A stretch of DNA of 64,000 bases from Lobosporangium transversale. Lineage: Eukaryota. The translations under genes were made by a program, and so were the position numbers. The notes below the pieces were generated by a model that saw only the letters and a list, made by a program, of their open reading frames with translations, was not told where the DNA came from and searched no databases. This document shows, piece by piece, positions 52,910-64,000 of the stretch (positions are counted from its first letter, which is position 1; the number at the start of each line of letters is the position of its first letter). The stretch covers positions 806,001-870,000 of the forward strand of contig NW_019028990.1 in the NCBI RefSeq assembly GCF_002105155.1, read 5' to 3'.

Positions 52910-55114
52910 ATGGCCTCTAAAGACAAGGATATTGTCCGCCGGAAGTTGGTCATTGTTGGAGATGGAGCTTGTGGGAAAACCTCATTGTTGTCCGTATTCA
53001 CGCTAGGATACTTCCCAAAGGTGAGTTTGTTCAAAGCTTGACTTTTCTTGTTTCCTTTCTTTTTCATTCCATGCTATATCACTCTCCCTTACAATGGGGA
53101 GTCATTCCTTTTCAAGCTCACAGAAGGAGAGGAAGGAATAACTTCAATTGTTCGCTCTTCCTCCACCACCACCCAGTAATGGCTAACGAATAAAAGAAAG
53201 TAGTAGCATCAACAAGCAACATATTCTTAAACTATTCCCACCTAACAGCTTCTTGGCTGCTTTTTGCAGTAGCGCAATAATAATATCCTGTGACTTGACC
53301 GGAAACAGGAGAATAAAAAAATGGAACGACTAATTATGAGAGTAATCTCAAGTGACAGCAACAACAGTGCTTGGGGTCTTTGCTGCAATAACCGGCGGAT
53401 CTTTGGATGACCGAGCAACACATGGAACATTCCTTCTTTGGCAAGGCAGCAGGTGGACCAGGTGGACAGTCAGATTGAGGCAGTGCATCCAATGAAGGCT
53501 GTACCTTTTTTTTTTTTTTTTTTTTTTTTTTGGGTTTTCTACTTTGAATGAGGACTTATCAAACACACTGCCTCTTTTTTTTTTCTTTTTTTGGAGTTTA
53601 TAATCAAAATGACAAGATTGGAAGGGCTCCGAGGGATCAAAAAAAAAAAAAAAAAAAAAGCAGATGTATGAGTGTATAAGAAATATAAGAAACATAAGAA
53701 TCAATGCCTTTGCGGGGAGGAGTCAGTCCAATCCATATTCTGGATGATATGTCGAGCTCAACTATTGTGTTGCCTTTTCTGTTGGGTGTAAGGGAGGTTA
53801 TGTAATCAAAGAATGAAAAAAAGATTTGGTCAGAACGCATCCTCAAACTTGGACATCCTTACTAAAAGTGGACGAAAATAAACATGGACAGAGATATTTA
53901 ACTAGGATGTGTCGGTGTGTACTTGAGCATGCTATCCTTCTGCTCCATTGTCTGTCGTTTGTATTCCAGTTTTCCCACCGAGGAGCTGCCATCTATAATT
54001 ACAGTGCAGCAGCATACATATTTTTAGAAATTCTTTGGATACACAGAAGCGGATGTGGCGGCGAGCAAAAAAAAAAAAAACGCCATAGGCGCAATTTTAG
54101 TACTATTACCTTCAGTACCAATATTACAAGACGCCTAAATCTAACCATCACCCCCCATACTCTATGATGCCACGGAAACTTTTGATATATATTGTCTTGT
54201 ATCTGACCCTCCTGCATGAACACGGCGCCAAATGGATCTCTCATTGATAGGACTATGTAAGTAACAAAGGATTGTAAGAATAAGGTTATGAAAATCGTTT
54301 TATTTTTTTCCATACCAGGAACTTATGATACGATTCTCCCTTGTTGATGCTCAATGAATAGAATCCGACTGTTTTTGAGAACTTTGTAACGGATGTCAAA
54401 ATTGATGGAAAGCCTGTACAGTTAGCACTATGGGATACAGCGTACGTGTATACAGAAATTAGAGTCAAATGACTTGCTTCGCTCAACTGCTTATTGCTCT
54501 GTATGCCAAAGAAAGGAAGAAGACAATAACAGCAATGATAAATATAATGGACTGCAGCAACAAAAACATTAACGCTTTTACTGAACTTTTTTTTTATTTA
54601 CCTCTGCTCCTCTCTTTGTACTGCTTGCTGATAGTGGACAAGAAGCATATGAGGTACATGGTGGATTCTGCGTTATTTCGCATGATTAACTCTAAGAATG
54701 TATCATACCTATTATTACACACATTAACTCTTTCATTTTTTGTGTGTGGAATGGAAAACGACCTTTGCCTGTTGGCGACGATAGCGGCTCCGACCACTCT
54801 CTTATACCAAAGCACATGTCATTCTCATTGGGTACTCTGTTGACACGCCTGACTCTCTAGATAACGTCACGTCGAAGGTTCGTCCTCATCAACATGACCT
54901 AGTAGAAGAGAGAAAGAGCTTTATCCCTATACTAACGTAGATACTGGTTGTCGGATGTTCAATCTAATATAGTGGATTCAAGAAGTTCAAGTATATTGTC
55001 CCGATACACCTGTTATCCTCGTCGGAATGAAGAAGGATTTAAGAGATGAATATGAACAAGCAGCCAATACGGAACAGCCTAAGACCACTCGATTTGTCAC
55101 CACAGCTGAAGTAA

Positions 55115-55151
<37 letters not shown>

Positions 55152-55375
55152 AAAAAGCCCATCCTATTCCACGATCCTTTTTGGGACTCAAGCTAAATTT
55201 GCTTTCTTTTTTTTTTTAGGCCGAGCGTGTAGCACAAGAGATTGGAGCACGGAACCATTTAGAATGTAGTGCATTGACAGGTGATGGTGTGGACGACGTG
55301 TTCGAAGCAGCAACACGTGGAGCATTGACGCAAGGCAATCAGTCTCAAGAAAGCGGGTGCTGTGTTATCCTGTAA
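52910..55375 (+). CDS. RHO2: Rho2-type small GTPase, 200 aa; exons 52910-53020, 54251-54256, 54362-54441, 54635-54653, 54785-54877, 54973-55110, 55220-55375
   Basis: [68 protein letters not shown]..|[38 protein letters not shown]; the exon lengths sum to 603 nt with all introns GT-AG. Confidence 0.93.
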
Positions 55376-55783
55376 AGAATTATGCATAGCGCAACGCGTT
55401 CTTAACATACTACGGCACAGCACGACACGGTACAGCGAAGCACAACACAACATATCACAGCATAGTACATCACTTGAATAGGAAAAGGGTGATGGAAAAA
55501 AAAAAAATCAAGTTTTGAAGAGACTACTGACAAAACTATACAAGGAAAATAAGGATGATTTATGAGTAGTAAAAACAGACAAAAAAAAAAAAATGAATGT
55601 ATAATCCTCAGACTGAACATTTTACAACTTTACAACTACGGTATTAAAAAAAAAAAAGAAAAAAGAAAAAAAAGATCGATCTATTTATTGTATGATGCAC
55701 TTAAAAAAAGTGAGCGGGTGCGGGTATCTATTTCTCTCAGAAAAAAAAAGTCTAAAATTCTACTGGAGATCAATGATGGACGT

Positions 55784-58700
55784 TCAATAATATCCAATCA
55801 ACTCAAGATCATCTCGTACCAAGGGGACAAGACCGAGCTTGCAGATTGAGATACCATTTCTGGGATGACAATAGCTGAAAAAGATCCCCAACGAGTCATC
55901 TGCAACGTTATCTCTGCCCAAGAACTTGATGGACGGGCTTGAATTGGAACCACCGCCGTGGCTGGTAGAGCTATTATTGTTATTTTGACTATTTTGGATG
56001 CTTGTTGCTGCAGGAACAGATGGGATCGCCGGTATTCCAGACCCACCTTCTCCACCTCCTGTTGTTTTATCTATATTGTGATTAGTTGTTGTAGAATTAG
56101 CGACATGAGTGTTCGATGCTGTTGCTGTTGCCGCTGCCGCTGCCGCTGCCATGGCGTCTGCAGCCGTAACAAGATCCTTCTTTGTGATCTCCTTGACTTT
56201 ACTGCCTTTTGACAACGAAAATATGACAATTGACGTTTTTTCAAACCCAACGACATAAATATCTTGTGGTGTCTTCAAAAAATCAATCTTTTGAGGAGGG
56301 AATGATTCCCAATCGAGGATGACGGATGACTGGGGTTTGCCATGGATGTCAACGATCCGAGACTGGGATCCACAGGTGGCCAAGAAGAGTTGATTCATTG
56401 TCCGTTGATTGAAAGCCATGTTCAGGACCTCATCTGAGGTCACCATCCGGGTCTTTTTAGGAGACTTGAAAAGTGGATGGTTTGTCGTGGTGATGGCAGC
56501 TGTAGGATTAATAGAAGCATTGTTATTGTTGCTAGATGGTGCCTGCTGCTGCTGTTGCTGTTGAGCCCAATTGATAGATGCCGAGGAAGAGGAGGAAGAG
56601 CAAGGTGAGGTGGAGGATGATCCAAACGAAGGTTCGGGGGCGGATGCTTGAAGTTGCAATAGTTGCAGGGCCTTTAATGCCAGTGCATCAGCTTCTGCCC
56701 GCTCTTGTTCCTCTAATTGCTGTTGGTGAATGCTCAGCTGATCACAGGGTCGCTGGATGATATCATCGTGGGATCGTCGACCTGCATCCATTGATAGGAT
56801 AGGCTTTGCTGCTGAAGTAGAGACGGATGACGGCGATTGCTCTGGTGCAAAAGTGCTGTACTGCTCCTTCGAGTCCCTATTGCTATGACTGCCATTGTTT
56901 CTATTGCCACCATACAACCCTGTAGTCGCTTCAGGATAAAGAATATGAGGAGGCACATCAAAAGGGATTTTCTCAAACGAATACCAAAGTGCGTTGCCAC
57001 CACTACCGCCACTGCTGCCACTACCGCTTCCGCCACTGCAGCTGTTACCACCATTGGTATTACTGCTGCTTCGGAAGCCCAATCGCTTTCCAATTCCGTG
57101 AAGGATGCCACCACTACTGGTCTCAGGCTTGTGAATGTCTGTGACGGACATGGTATCGACGTTGACGATCCATGCCCGGGGTCCCTTCCCTAAAACAATG
57201 TCTGTCACATCCTGTGGACTCTTGACGACCGTCATAAAACTGGGCGCCTCTGGGTGATAAAACTCTTTGTAATGCCTCCACTCATACGGATTGTTGTTAC
57301 TCTGATCATCGCGAGATCCTGCATATCCATAGTTGTTGCTGTTATATGATGCTGCAGTGACCATCCCGCCAGCACCCCCGGTACCTCCGACAGAACCATT
57401 GATTAAAGAGCTTGATCTGGGTCGCCCAGAGGTTTCAGCATTAGAAGAGGAAGAGACAGCTGACCAAGAAGCTGCTTTAAGACCACGAGCAAACTTGGGT
57501 CGACAATAGATATCAATCCCGTTCTTGGAAAGGATGGTCATGTAAACAGTTGAGTAGGTATAATGGAAATCGATGCTTAAGACATCCTTTGTCTGCTTCA
57601 GTTTTGTAAAATCCCATGCCCAAGAGATTGCTTCCTCAGAGGGTGCATCTTGACCGCTAGTGACATGAGCAGCCATGTTGGAGTTGACGGCAGCCTGACT
57701 CAGATAGGATGCCATTTGAGAAAAGCGTTTGTTTTTGGTTACACCGAAGCCACTTCCAGCACCTGTGCTCGGGGAAACAGGGGTAGAGGCGGCCTGTTGT
57801 TGGTGTTGCTGTTGTTGACTCTTCTTCATGACGTGTTCATGAGCCAACGAAGCTAATCCACCAAAACTCAACGGTCTTTGTTTGTTTTTCTTGTAGGAGA
57901 ACGCATCATGATCGAGCCCCTTTTCGTCGAATGCTCCGCCCGAGTTATTATTCATTCGAGCAGGAGGTGATAACAATGAGGATCTATCGATACTACGGGT
58001 GTGCTGATGATGATGATGTGATGATGGCGGCAACTGTGGAGGATAAGATAAAGCTGTTGAAGAGGTGGAGGAGGAGACTGGGGAGGCAGCGGAGGAACCC
58101 TTGAGAATACGGCCATTGGTACCACTGGCATTGGTTGCGGTCATGTGGCTCTTAGGGCTCGTGTTAGGGCTGTTGTTGTCTCCATGCGGATTATGGTGGT
58201 TTTCATCCTTTTGGAAGGCGGTCTCGACTCGCAACTGGATCATGTTCTTCATCGCTCCGAGTCTTCCGCCTTCAACAATACGATTATGACCTTCTTTGGA
58301 ATGACCATACGAAACCAGCTTCTTGATCGAATCATAATCGTAACAGCGTACACGGGCATTACGTCCAGCAATCACAACAATCAGGCCAATATCTTCGAGA
58401 CAATGAATTTCTTTAAAGGCAAGGCCTTGGATATGAGTACGGATACTTTGTTTCTCAGCAGGTAAAGTCAAGTCGATGGAGTGTAGAGCGCTTGTAGAGC
58501 CGACAAGAAGGTATTGTTGATCGTGCATGGGATTGGCGCAGATGAATTGATAATTATGGGGCTGTGGTGGTGGCGTTGATGTTGGTGTTGGCTGTGCAGA
58601 TTCTCCAGCTCCCACTCCTGGTCCTGGTCCTGGTCCTGATCCTGGTCCTATCCCTATCCCTATCCCTACTCCTCCTACTCCCCCTCCTACTACTACTACT

Positions 58701-59161
58701 CCTCCTCCGGTGTTTGCCCCTACTGAGCTCGACCCATAAGCATAGTTATAAATGGAGGAGCGTATTGAAGTTGTTGATTTTGATGTTGCAACAGGTTGTG
58801 GGGGAGCCATTAGTTCCTGAATCTGGAAAAGATGTTCCTCTATGGGGAAAGAATAGGCTGAGTTAGGGGTTCCGGAAATGGGAATGGGCACATAGTTTCC
58901 AACAGGGAGAGAGAAGGAGTAAGGTGGTGGCTGCTCCATAGAGGTTTGAGGAGGAGAGGGTTGGTCGAATGAGATTCTGGGAAGAGGGAGAGGTTGCTGT
59001 TGTTGTTGTTGATGTTGATGTTGTTGATAGTCTAACGATAATCTTGAAAGGTCTCCTTGGATTTGCTGGTCCTGTGGTCTTGAAGGTGCATGGACAGAGT
59101 CATGCGTTTGTTGAGGAGGAAGAGGAGGAGAAGGAGAAGGAGAAGGAAGAGAATTGGTCAT
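55784..59161 (-). CDS. Intronless 1125-aa low-complexity protein with a split CNH (citron homology)-like domain
   Basis: YLLVGSTSALHSID, FKEIHCLEDIGLIVVIAGRNARVRCYDY, F.KLKQTKDV, W..YKEFYHPEAP, SRIVDIHGK...LDWESFP, VVGFEKTSI.I.SL..G and IKFLG resemble MAP4K/NIK-type CNH blades; no kinase or GEF motifs seen. Confidence 0.7.
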   Translation of the reverse strand: MTNSLPSPSPSPPLPPQQTHDSVHAPSRPQDQQIQGDLSRLSLDYQQHQHQQQQQQPLPLPRISFDQPSPPQTSMEQPPPYSFSLPVGNYVPIPISGTPNSAYSFPIEEHLFQIQELMAPPQPVATSKSTTSIRSSIYNYAYGSSSVGANTGGGVVVVGGGVGGVGIGIGIGPGSGPGPGPGVGAGESAQPTPTSTPPPQPHNYQFICANPMHDQQYLLVGSTSALHSIDLTLPAEKQSIRTHIQGLAFKEIHCLEDIGLIVVIAGRNARVRCYDYDSIKKLVSYGHSKEGHNRIVEGGRLGAMKNMIQLRVETAFQKDENHHNPHGDNNSPNTSPKSHMTATNASGTNGRILKGSSAASPVSSSTSSTALSYPPQLPPSSHHHHQHTRSIDRSSLLSPPARMNNNSGGAFDEKGLDHDAFSYKKNKQRPLSFGGLASLAHEHVMKKSQQQQHQQQAASTPVSPSTGAGSGFGVTKNKRFSQMASYLSQAAVNSNMAAHVTSGQDAPSEEAISWAWDFTKLKQTKDVLSIDFHYTYSTVYMTILSKNGIDIYCRPKFARGLKAASWSAVSSSSNAETSGRPRSSSLINGSVGGTGGAGGMVTAASYNSNNYGYAGSRDDQSNNNPYEWRHYKEFYHPEAPSFMTVVKSPQDVTDIVLGKGPRAWIVNVDTMSVTDIHKPETSSGGILHGIGKRLGFRSSSNTNGGNSCSGGSGSGSSGGSGGNALWYSFEKIPFDVPPHILYPEATTGLYGGNRNNGSHSNRDSKEQYSTFAPEQSPSSVSTSAAKPILSMDAGRRSHDDIIQRPCDQLSIHQQQLEEQERAEADALALKALQLLQLQASAPEPSFGSSSTSPCSSSSSSASINWAQQQQQQQAPSSNNNNASINPTAAITTTNHPLFKSPKKTRMVTSDEVLNMAFNQRTMNQLFLATCGSQSRIVDIHGKPQSSVILDWESFPPQKIDFLKTPQDIYVVGFEKTSIVIFSLSKGSKVKEITKKDLVTAADAMAAAAAAATATASNTHVANSTTTNHNIDKTTGGGEGGSGIPAIPSVPAATSIQNSQNNNNSSTSHGGGSNSSPSIKFLGRDNVADDSLGIFFSYCHPRNGISICKLGLVPLVRDDLELIGYY

Positions 59162-59893
59162 GACAGGTATCTATGAGATGGTAAAGAGAGAAAGAGAGAA
59201 AGAGAGAAAGAGAGAAAGAGACGGAGAGGCAATGATTTATCCTGAAACGTTAATGATTAAAAGGAAAAGGAAAAAAGGAAAAGGAAAAAAGGAAAAGGAA
59301 AGGAAAAGAGAAAAGAGAAAAGAGAAAAGTGAGAAAAGTGAGGCGGAACAAAAACAGAAAAAGATAAAAGTGTTATTTTCGGTACAGAACACAAAATATG
59401 GGCGTTTTGTTCTTTTATTTTTTATTATTCTGATTTTGGCAAAAAAAAAAAAAAAAAAAAAAAAAAAGTAGAGGCAGAGGGTTGAAGGAACGAGTGTAAA
59501 GTGGAAGAGGAAGAAAGAAAGAAAGAGAAAGAGAGTAGTAATGAAGGAAGGAAGGAAGGAAGGAAAGGAAAGAAGATTTTTTGGAGGGAAAATGGTACAA
59601 GAGAACGGCCAAGCTTCTTTCTATTCGTAAACGTAATTTAATTGACGTTGGCTGTGTATGAGTTGTTCAGAATGGGATAGATTCATTACCATGTCATGTC
59701 TGTCCACCATTGCATCAGTACCATCAGTACTATTGATTACACTATAAAATAAAATAAAAAGTGCAGTCATTGACATTTGGATTTGGCAAGGACACGCACG
59801 AACAAGTCTTGCCCATCCAATGTGTCAAATTTTATTTGTTCTCACACAATCTTCTTTTACACATCAACACATTCACTTCATCTCATTCGATCC

Positions 59894-61275
59894 ATGTCAT
59901 CCTTCAAGGCCACCGCTGCCTCTACAAGGGCTTTTTTTGCTTTGAAACAACGTCATTTATCCCTGGTCCGAAGACGACCCACCTGGCATCCTCTTGTAGG
60001 TGAGTTGTTATCTCTTTCTACTACTACTACTTTTTTTTTTTTTTTTTTTTTTTTTTCTTTCATTTCTTTACCTTCAATATCCCCGATACAAATAACTTCT
60101 CCATAACCTAACCTCAACCATGTTTCTCTGTTCATATATTGCCTTAATCATCTTATTCATTAATCCATCAATCCATCAATCCATCAATCCATCAATCCAT
60201 CAATCCATCAATCAATTGATCGGATAAAATAATAAACTAAAGGCTCGCGATCCTATACACAACGTGGACTGACGACTTCAATTGAACAAAATACTCCAAC
60301 AACGTCGATAGATCAACAGCACAAACGACGCGATGATTCTGTTGAAGGACTCCTCACCGGATTGATCAATGGAGACCGATATGCATTAGCAAGAGCAATC
60401 ACTCTTGGTGAGTAATTCTTTTTTATTTTAAAAAAAAATTTCTGATCAGGAGAACCGTGGGAGAAATTCGCTTTTGCCAATGAAAATCTGGAAGTGAAGA
60501 TCGGTCTCGTTCCTGTATCCTTCTTATCTTATAAGACTTACTCGTTCTATATGAAATGCACGATACATCTTTAACAACACCATCAATAACAAAAAAAAAA
60601 AAAAAAAAAAGTTGAGTCTTCCAACCCCAAACACCGTGTTCAGGCGCAGCGTCTCCTCTCTATGATCCTGGAACGTGAATCTAATCTTGCCTCAAAGCAG
60701 AGTACATCCCTTGCCAGCATAACGCCTTCCTTGGATGATAAAGCCATACTATCAGTAGAATCATCCTCAACCTCATCTGAAACCAAATTAAATGACCAAC
60801 AGAAGCAACAACCAATTCGACTCGGAAAAAGCTACAGAATTGGACTCTCTGGTCCTCCTGGCGTTGGAAAATCAACATTCATTGAAGCCTTTGGCATGTA
60901 TCTTCTTTCGCTCGGACACCGTGTCTCTGTTTTGGTATTTCAAAAAAAAAAAAAAAAAAAAAAAAATCAATTTGCAAAAAAAAAAAAAAGCGCAAAATTG
61001 AAAAGATTTTTTTTTGTATGTGGAGGGGAATAATTTAGGCTGTGGACCCATCTTCTGCACGGACAGGGGGATCTATCCTTGGTGATAAAACCAGAATGAC
61101 AGAGCTCTCACGCAACACAATGGCCTATGTCCGCCCATCACCAAGTCGTGGAACATTAGGTAGGAAGACCAATCACAAAGTGTTTCTTATTTTTTATCTT
61201 TTTTTTATCCTATGGACCATTGTCTAATTGCTAATCCCCCCGTCACCCTGTAGGAGGTGTATGTTGTCAAAAAAG

Positions 61276-61306
<31 letters not shown>

Positions 61307-61457
61307 TACATTAAACTATTAGAGCATTTAGATGACATAGTTGAGTTGGAACCAAACAAATTAATAGGCGTTGCAAGATTATCCTGGATGTCTTTGTTCC
61401 CTTTCTTAGGTTGCTAGGAACACAACAGAAGCAATTACATTATGCGAAGGTAAATAC

Positions 61458-61490
<33 letters not shown>

Positions 61491-62659
61491 AAGATATTTC
61501 ATCTGATCTGTAAACTTCTTCCTTTCTTTCTTTTCTCTGATTAACATATTAGCGGCAGGATATGACATTTGTCTTGTCGAGACTGTTGGTGTTGGTCAAT
61601 CTGAGACCATGGTTGCAGACATTGTTGACATGTAAGCATTAAGCATTTTTTTTTTTTTTTTTTTTTTTTTTTTGAATACTATAAAGATTTTATTTTTGCT
61701 AATCGTTTTTTTGACTGAGGGTAGGTTTGTTCTCTTGGTTCCTCCAGCTGGTGGAGATGAACTTCAGGTAAAGCGGAAAGAAGTGGGCAAACAGTTCTTT
61801 TCAATTTGTCACTCAAGATGTGTTCTCTCTTCCTATCATTATTATTACTATCTATATATCTAAGGAACTGAGTGTTTATAATAATAATCCTCATTATTTT
61901 AGGGTATGAAAAAGGGCATCATGGAACTATCAGATTTAGTAATTGTCAACAAATCAGATGGAGCATTAGTAGACTCTGCACGTAATGCTCAGATCGAGTA
62001 CACTAGTGCCCTTAAGTTTGTCAAGGCCATTTCAGAAAATTGGAAACCAAAAGTAATTCGTGTGTCGTCGATGGGTGGGCCTGAAGGCGGAATTGACAAG
62101 GCATGGAGTACCATGAAGGAATACTTTGACATCATGGAGGTAAAAAAAAAAAAAAAAAAAAAAAAAGACTTGCAAAGAGACTTTTATGTCATCACCAACC
62201 ACCGACCTTGTGTAAAGTAAAAAAAAAAGTGGCTGTGATGGAAGACATTCTTATTAATATTTGGCATGCCACTACTGATAGTCGACTGGAGAACTACAAC
62301 GGAAACGAGGTCACCAACGTAAGATTTGGATGTGGCGGCAAGTTTCATCGGAATTGCTGGACTTGTAAGTCAGTCGATTGGAGGGTGTTGAATAACCTGG
62401 TTAGCCTATAAGGTTGATCAGCCAAGTAAAGAGTGATGCCTTTCTTTCTAACGTTGAAAGCTTCTTTTTTTTTATGTCTCGTTACTATGACATTATCGCG
62501 TACATGAATATGATATCCCTTAGACTCAATGAGGATGCACAAGTGCGAGAGTTGGCCAAGGAACTGGAATCCAAGGTTCTTCAGAACGAAGTCATGTCTG
62601 GCGCAGCAGCACATCAAATTGTAGAACGGTTCATGAAGGGCATGAACAGTTCATCTTGA
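59894..62659 (+). CDS. MMAA: Mitochondrial MMAA/MeaB GTPase (cobalamin chaperone of methylmalonyl-CoA mutase), multi-exon
   Basis: Presequence [120 protein letters not shown]. Confidence 0.95.
60162..60209 (+). repeat. Tandem repeat (AATCCATC)x6 in MMAA intron 1
   Basis: Six perfect 8-mer copies read directly. Confidence 0.9.
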
Positions 62660-62761
62660 GAGACTAAAAAACTAAACGTACAAAGTTCTAGAAAGACCAA
62701 CAATAAAATTAAAATTAGAAAATTATCTATTACACATTGCTAAGACATAACAGAAACTCCA

Positions 62762-62862
62762 CAGGCACCAGGTACCAGGCACCAGGAACAACAAACAGTC
62801 ATCTGAATTACGCTTATTTACACATTTATACATTTACACATTTACACATTTACACATTTACA
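62762..62862 (+). repeat. Short tandem repeats, CAGGCAC-like x3 and TTTACACA-like x5, between MMAA and the kinase gene
   Basis: caggcaccaggtaccaggcaccagg and tttacacatttatacatttacacatttacacatttacacatttaca. Confidence 0.75.
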
Positions 62863-63078
62863 GCTATAACAAGCTCATGATATTAAAGTTCACAAGTTCC
62901 ATTGGGCTTTGACCTTCCACCTCCGAATGATCAGTCACATTTCCTTTCCTCTTTTTTCCATTCTTATTCTCATTCTCTCCATTCATTAGTCCAATTCTTA
63001 TCCTTTGACTTTGACTCTGCTATTGCTCGCATTCCAGTTGTTTTATCTTCTATTTCCGCACATTCCTTGTAACCTATC

Positions 63079-64000
63079 ATGATAGACATCTCTCCCACAG
63101 AAAATGTTTTCACATGTAGTGCATCTTTTAAAGACCCCAGCACACTATATCCTACGACCCTCGAACTCTCCTCACACCAATTACTTTGGTCCGCACGACA
63201 TCCAACTAAAGATAACCATACTATTCAAGGTATATTAATACTAAATATATAAATAAAAAAATGTGTCCCGGATCATACTCAATTCCAATTGATACATTTT
63301 TTTTTCTTGTTTTCTTATTAGTTCCTTACTGTTGCATCTATGGATATGAGGCTCCAACGCCTGCTGGACTAGATGTGAATCATCAGGATTTAAAAGACAT
63401 TGTCCAAAATACCTGTCGAGACCGGATGATCAAAGTCCATTTTGTCGAATTCCTCTTCTCAGACTTGAAGGCCGTCTCATCTCCACAGTGCACAACAGCA
63501 TATTTCTTGTTTGAACGACGGGCGGATGTGCAACGATTCCTCAATTTGGCACACCAATTAGGAGGTAAACACTATGTTAAATACAAGCAAAAGGGGTAGA
63601 ATGGAACAGAATGAGATCCCTCATTATTTTAACTTCACTGTTGTATCTTTAACAGTTTTTCCACGACCGCGGCGGATATTGGCCCTCGTCAATCCAAACG
63701 GCGGAGTCGGTAAAGCAAAGACTATCAACGATACTGTCGTCCAACCAATGTTGGAGCATTCTGGACTTGATGTTAAAGTACAATGTATGTCGACTGGAAC
63801 AAAACGTAGCTTTTCTTTTTTTTTTTTTTATTAAAAAAAAAAAAAAAAAAAAAAAAAAGACTTATACGACTTACTCTTTTATCAATTAGACACAGAATAC
63901 AGCAAACATGGAATCGATGTTGCTCACAAGATTGATTTGAAGGAGGTAGACACGTTGGCTGTTGTGTCCGGTGACGGATTACTTCATGAAATTGTCAATG
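63079..64000 (+). CDS. Sphingosine/sphingoid long-chain-base kinase (DAGKc family), 5' part running off the window
   Basis: RRILALVNPNGGVGKA, V.PML, TEYSKHG.DVA and AVVSGDGLLHEIVN, with GT-AG introns between them. Confidence 0.88.

Noticed and set aside
60162..60209. Regular short repeats considered as CRISPR-like or telomere-like arrays
   Set aside because: Contiguous 8-mers without spacers inside a eukaryotic intron; an ordinary short tandem repeat

Overview
Eukaryotic, intron-rich fungal DNA. Intron style, LYS4 together with MMAA, and a CABIN1-like HIR3 suggest an early-diverging fungus, plausibly Mortierellaceae/Mucoromycota (inference). About 15 protein-coding genes can be reconstructed: the 3' end of a Cdc25-type RasGEF, a NYN/PIN-like protein, a CSC1/OSCA channel, UFD1, NAA35/MAK10, NUP98-96, HIR3/CABIN1, YME2, a GT64-like glycosyltransferase, LYS4, a SERTA-like/PPxY disordered protein, SEC1, RHO2 (missed by the ORF track because of microexons), a stand-alone CNH-domain protein, MMAA/MeaB and the 5' part of a sphingosine kinase. 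The most striking structure lies between SEC1 and RHO2. A decayed, intron-containing copy of RHO2 sits head-to-head with RHO2, and a 316-bp part of it is duplicated in inverted orientation (49154-49469 / 50336-50651, two mismatches, 866-bp spacer). This makes a candidate natural hairpin-RNA/siRNA locus against the neighbouring RHO2 gene. Other notable items are 5-, 6- and 19-nt microexons, ATG-only first exons, a possible Nup98-only isoform switch and cobalamin-pathway retention. Exon boundaries were read by eye.
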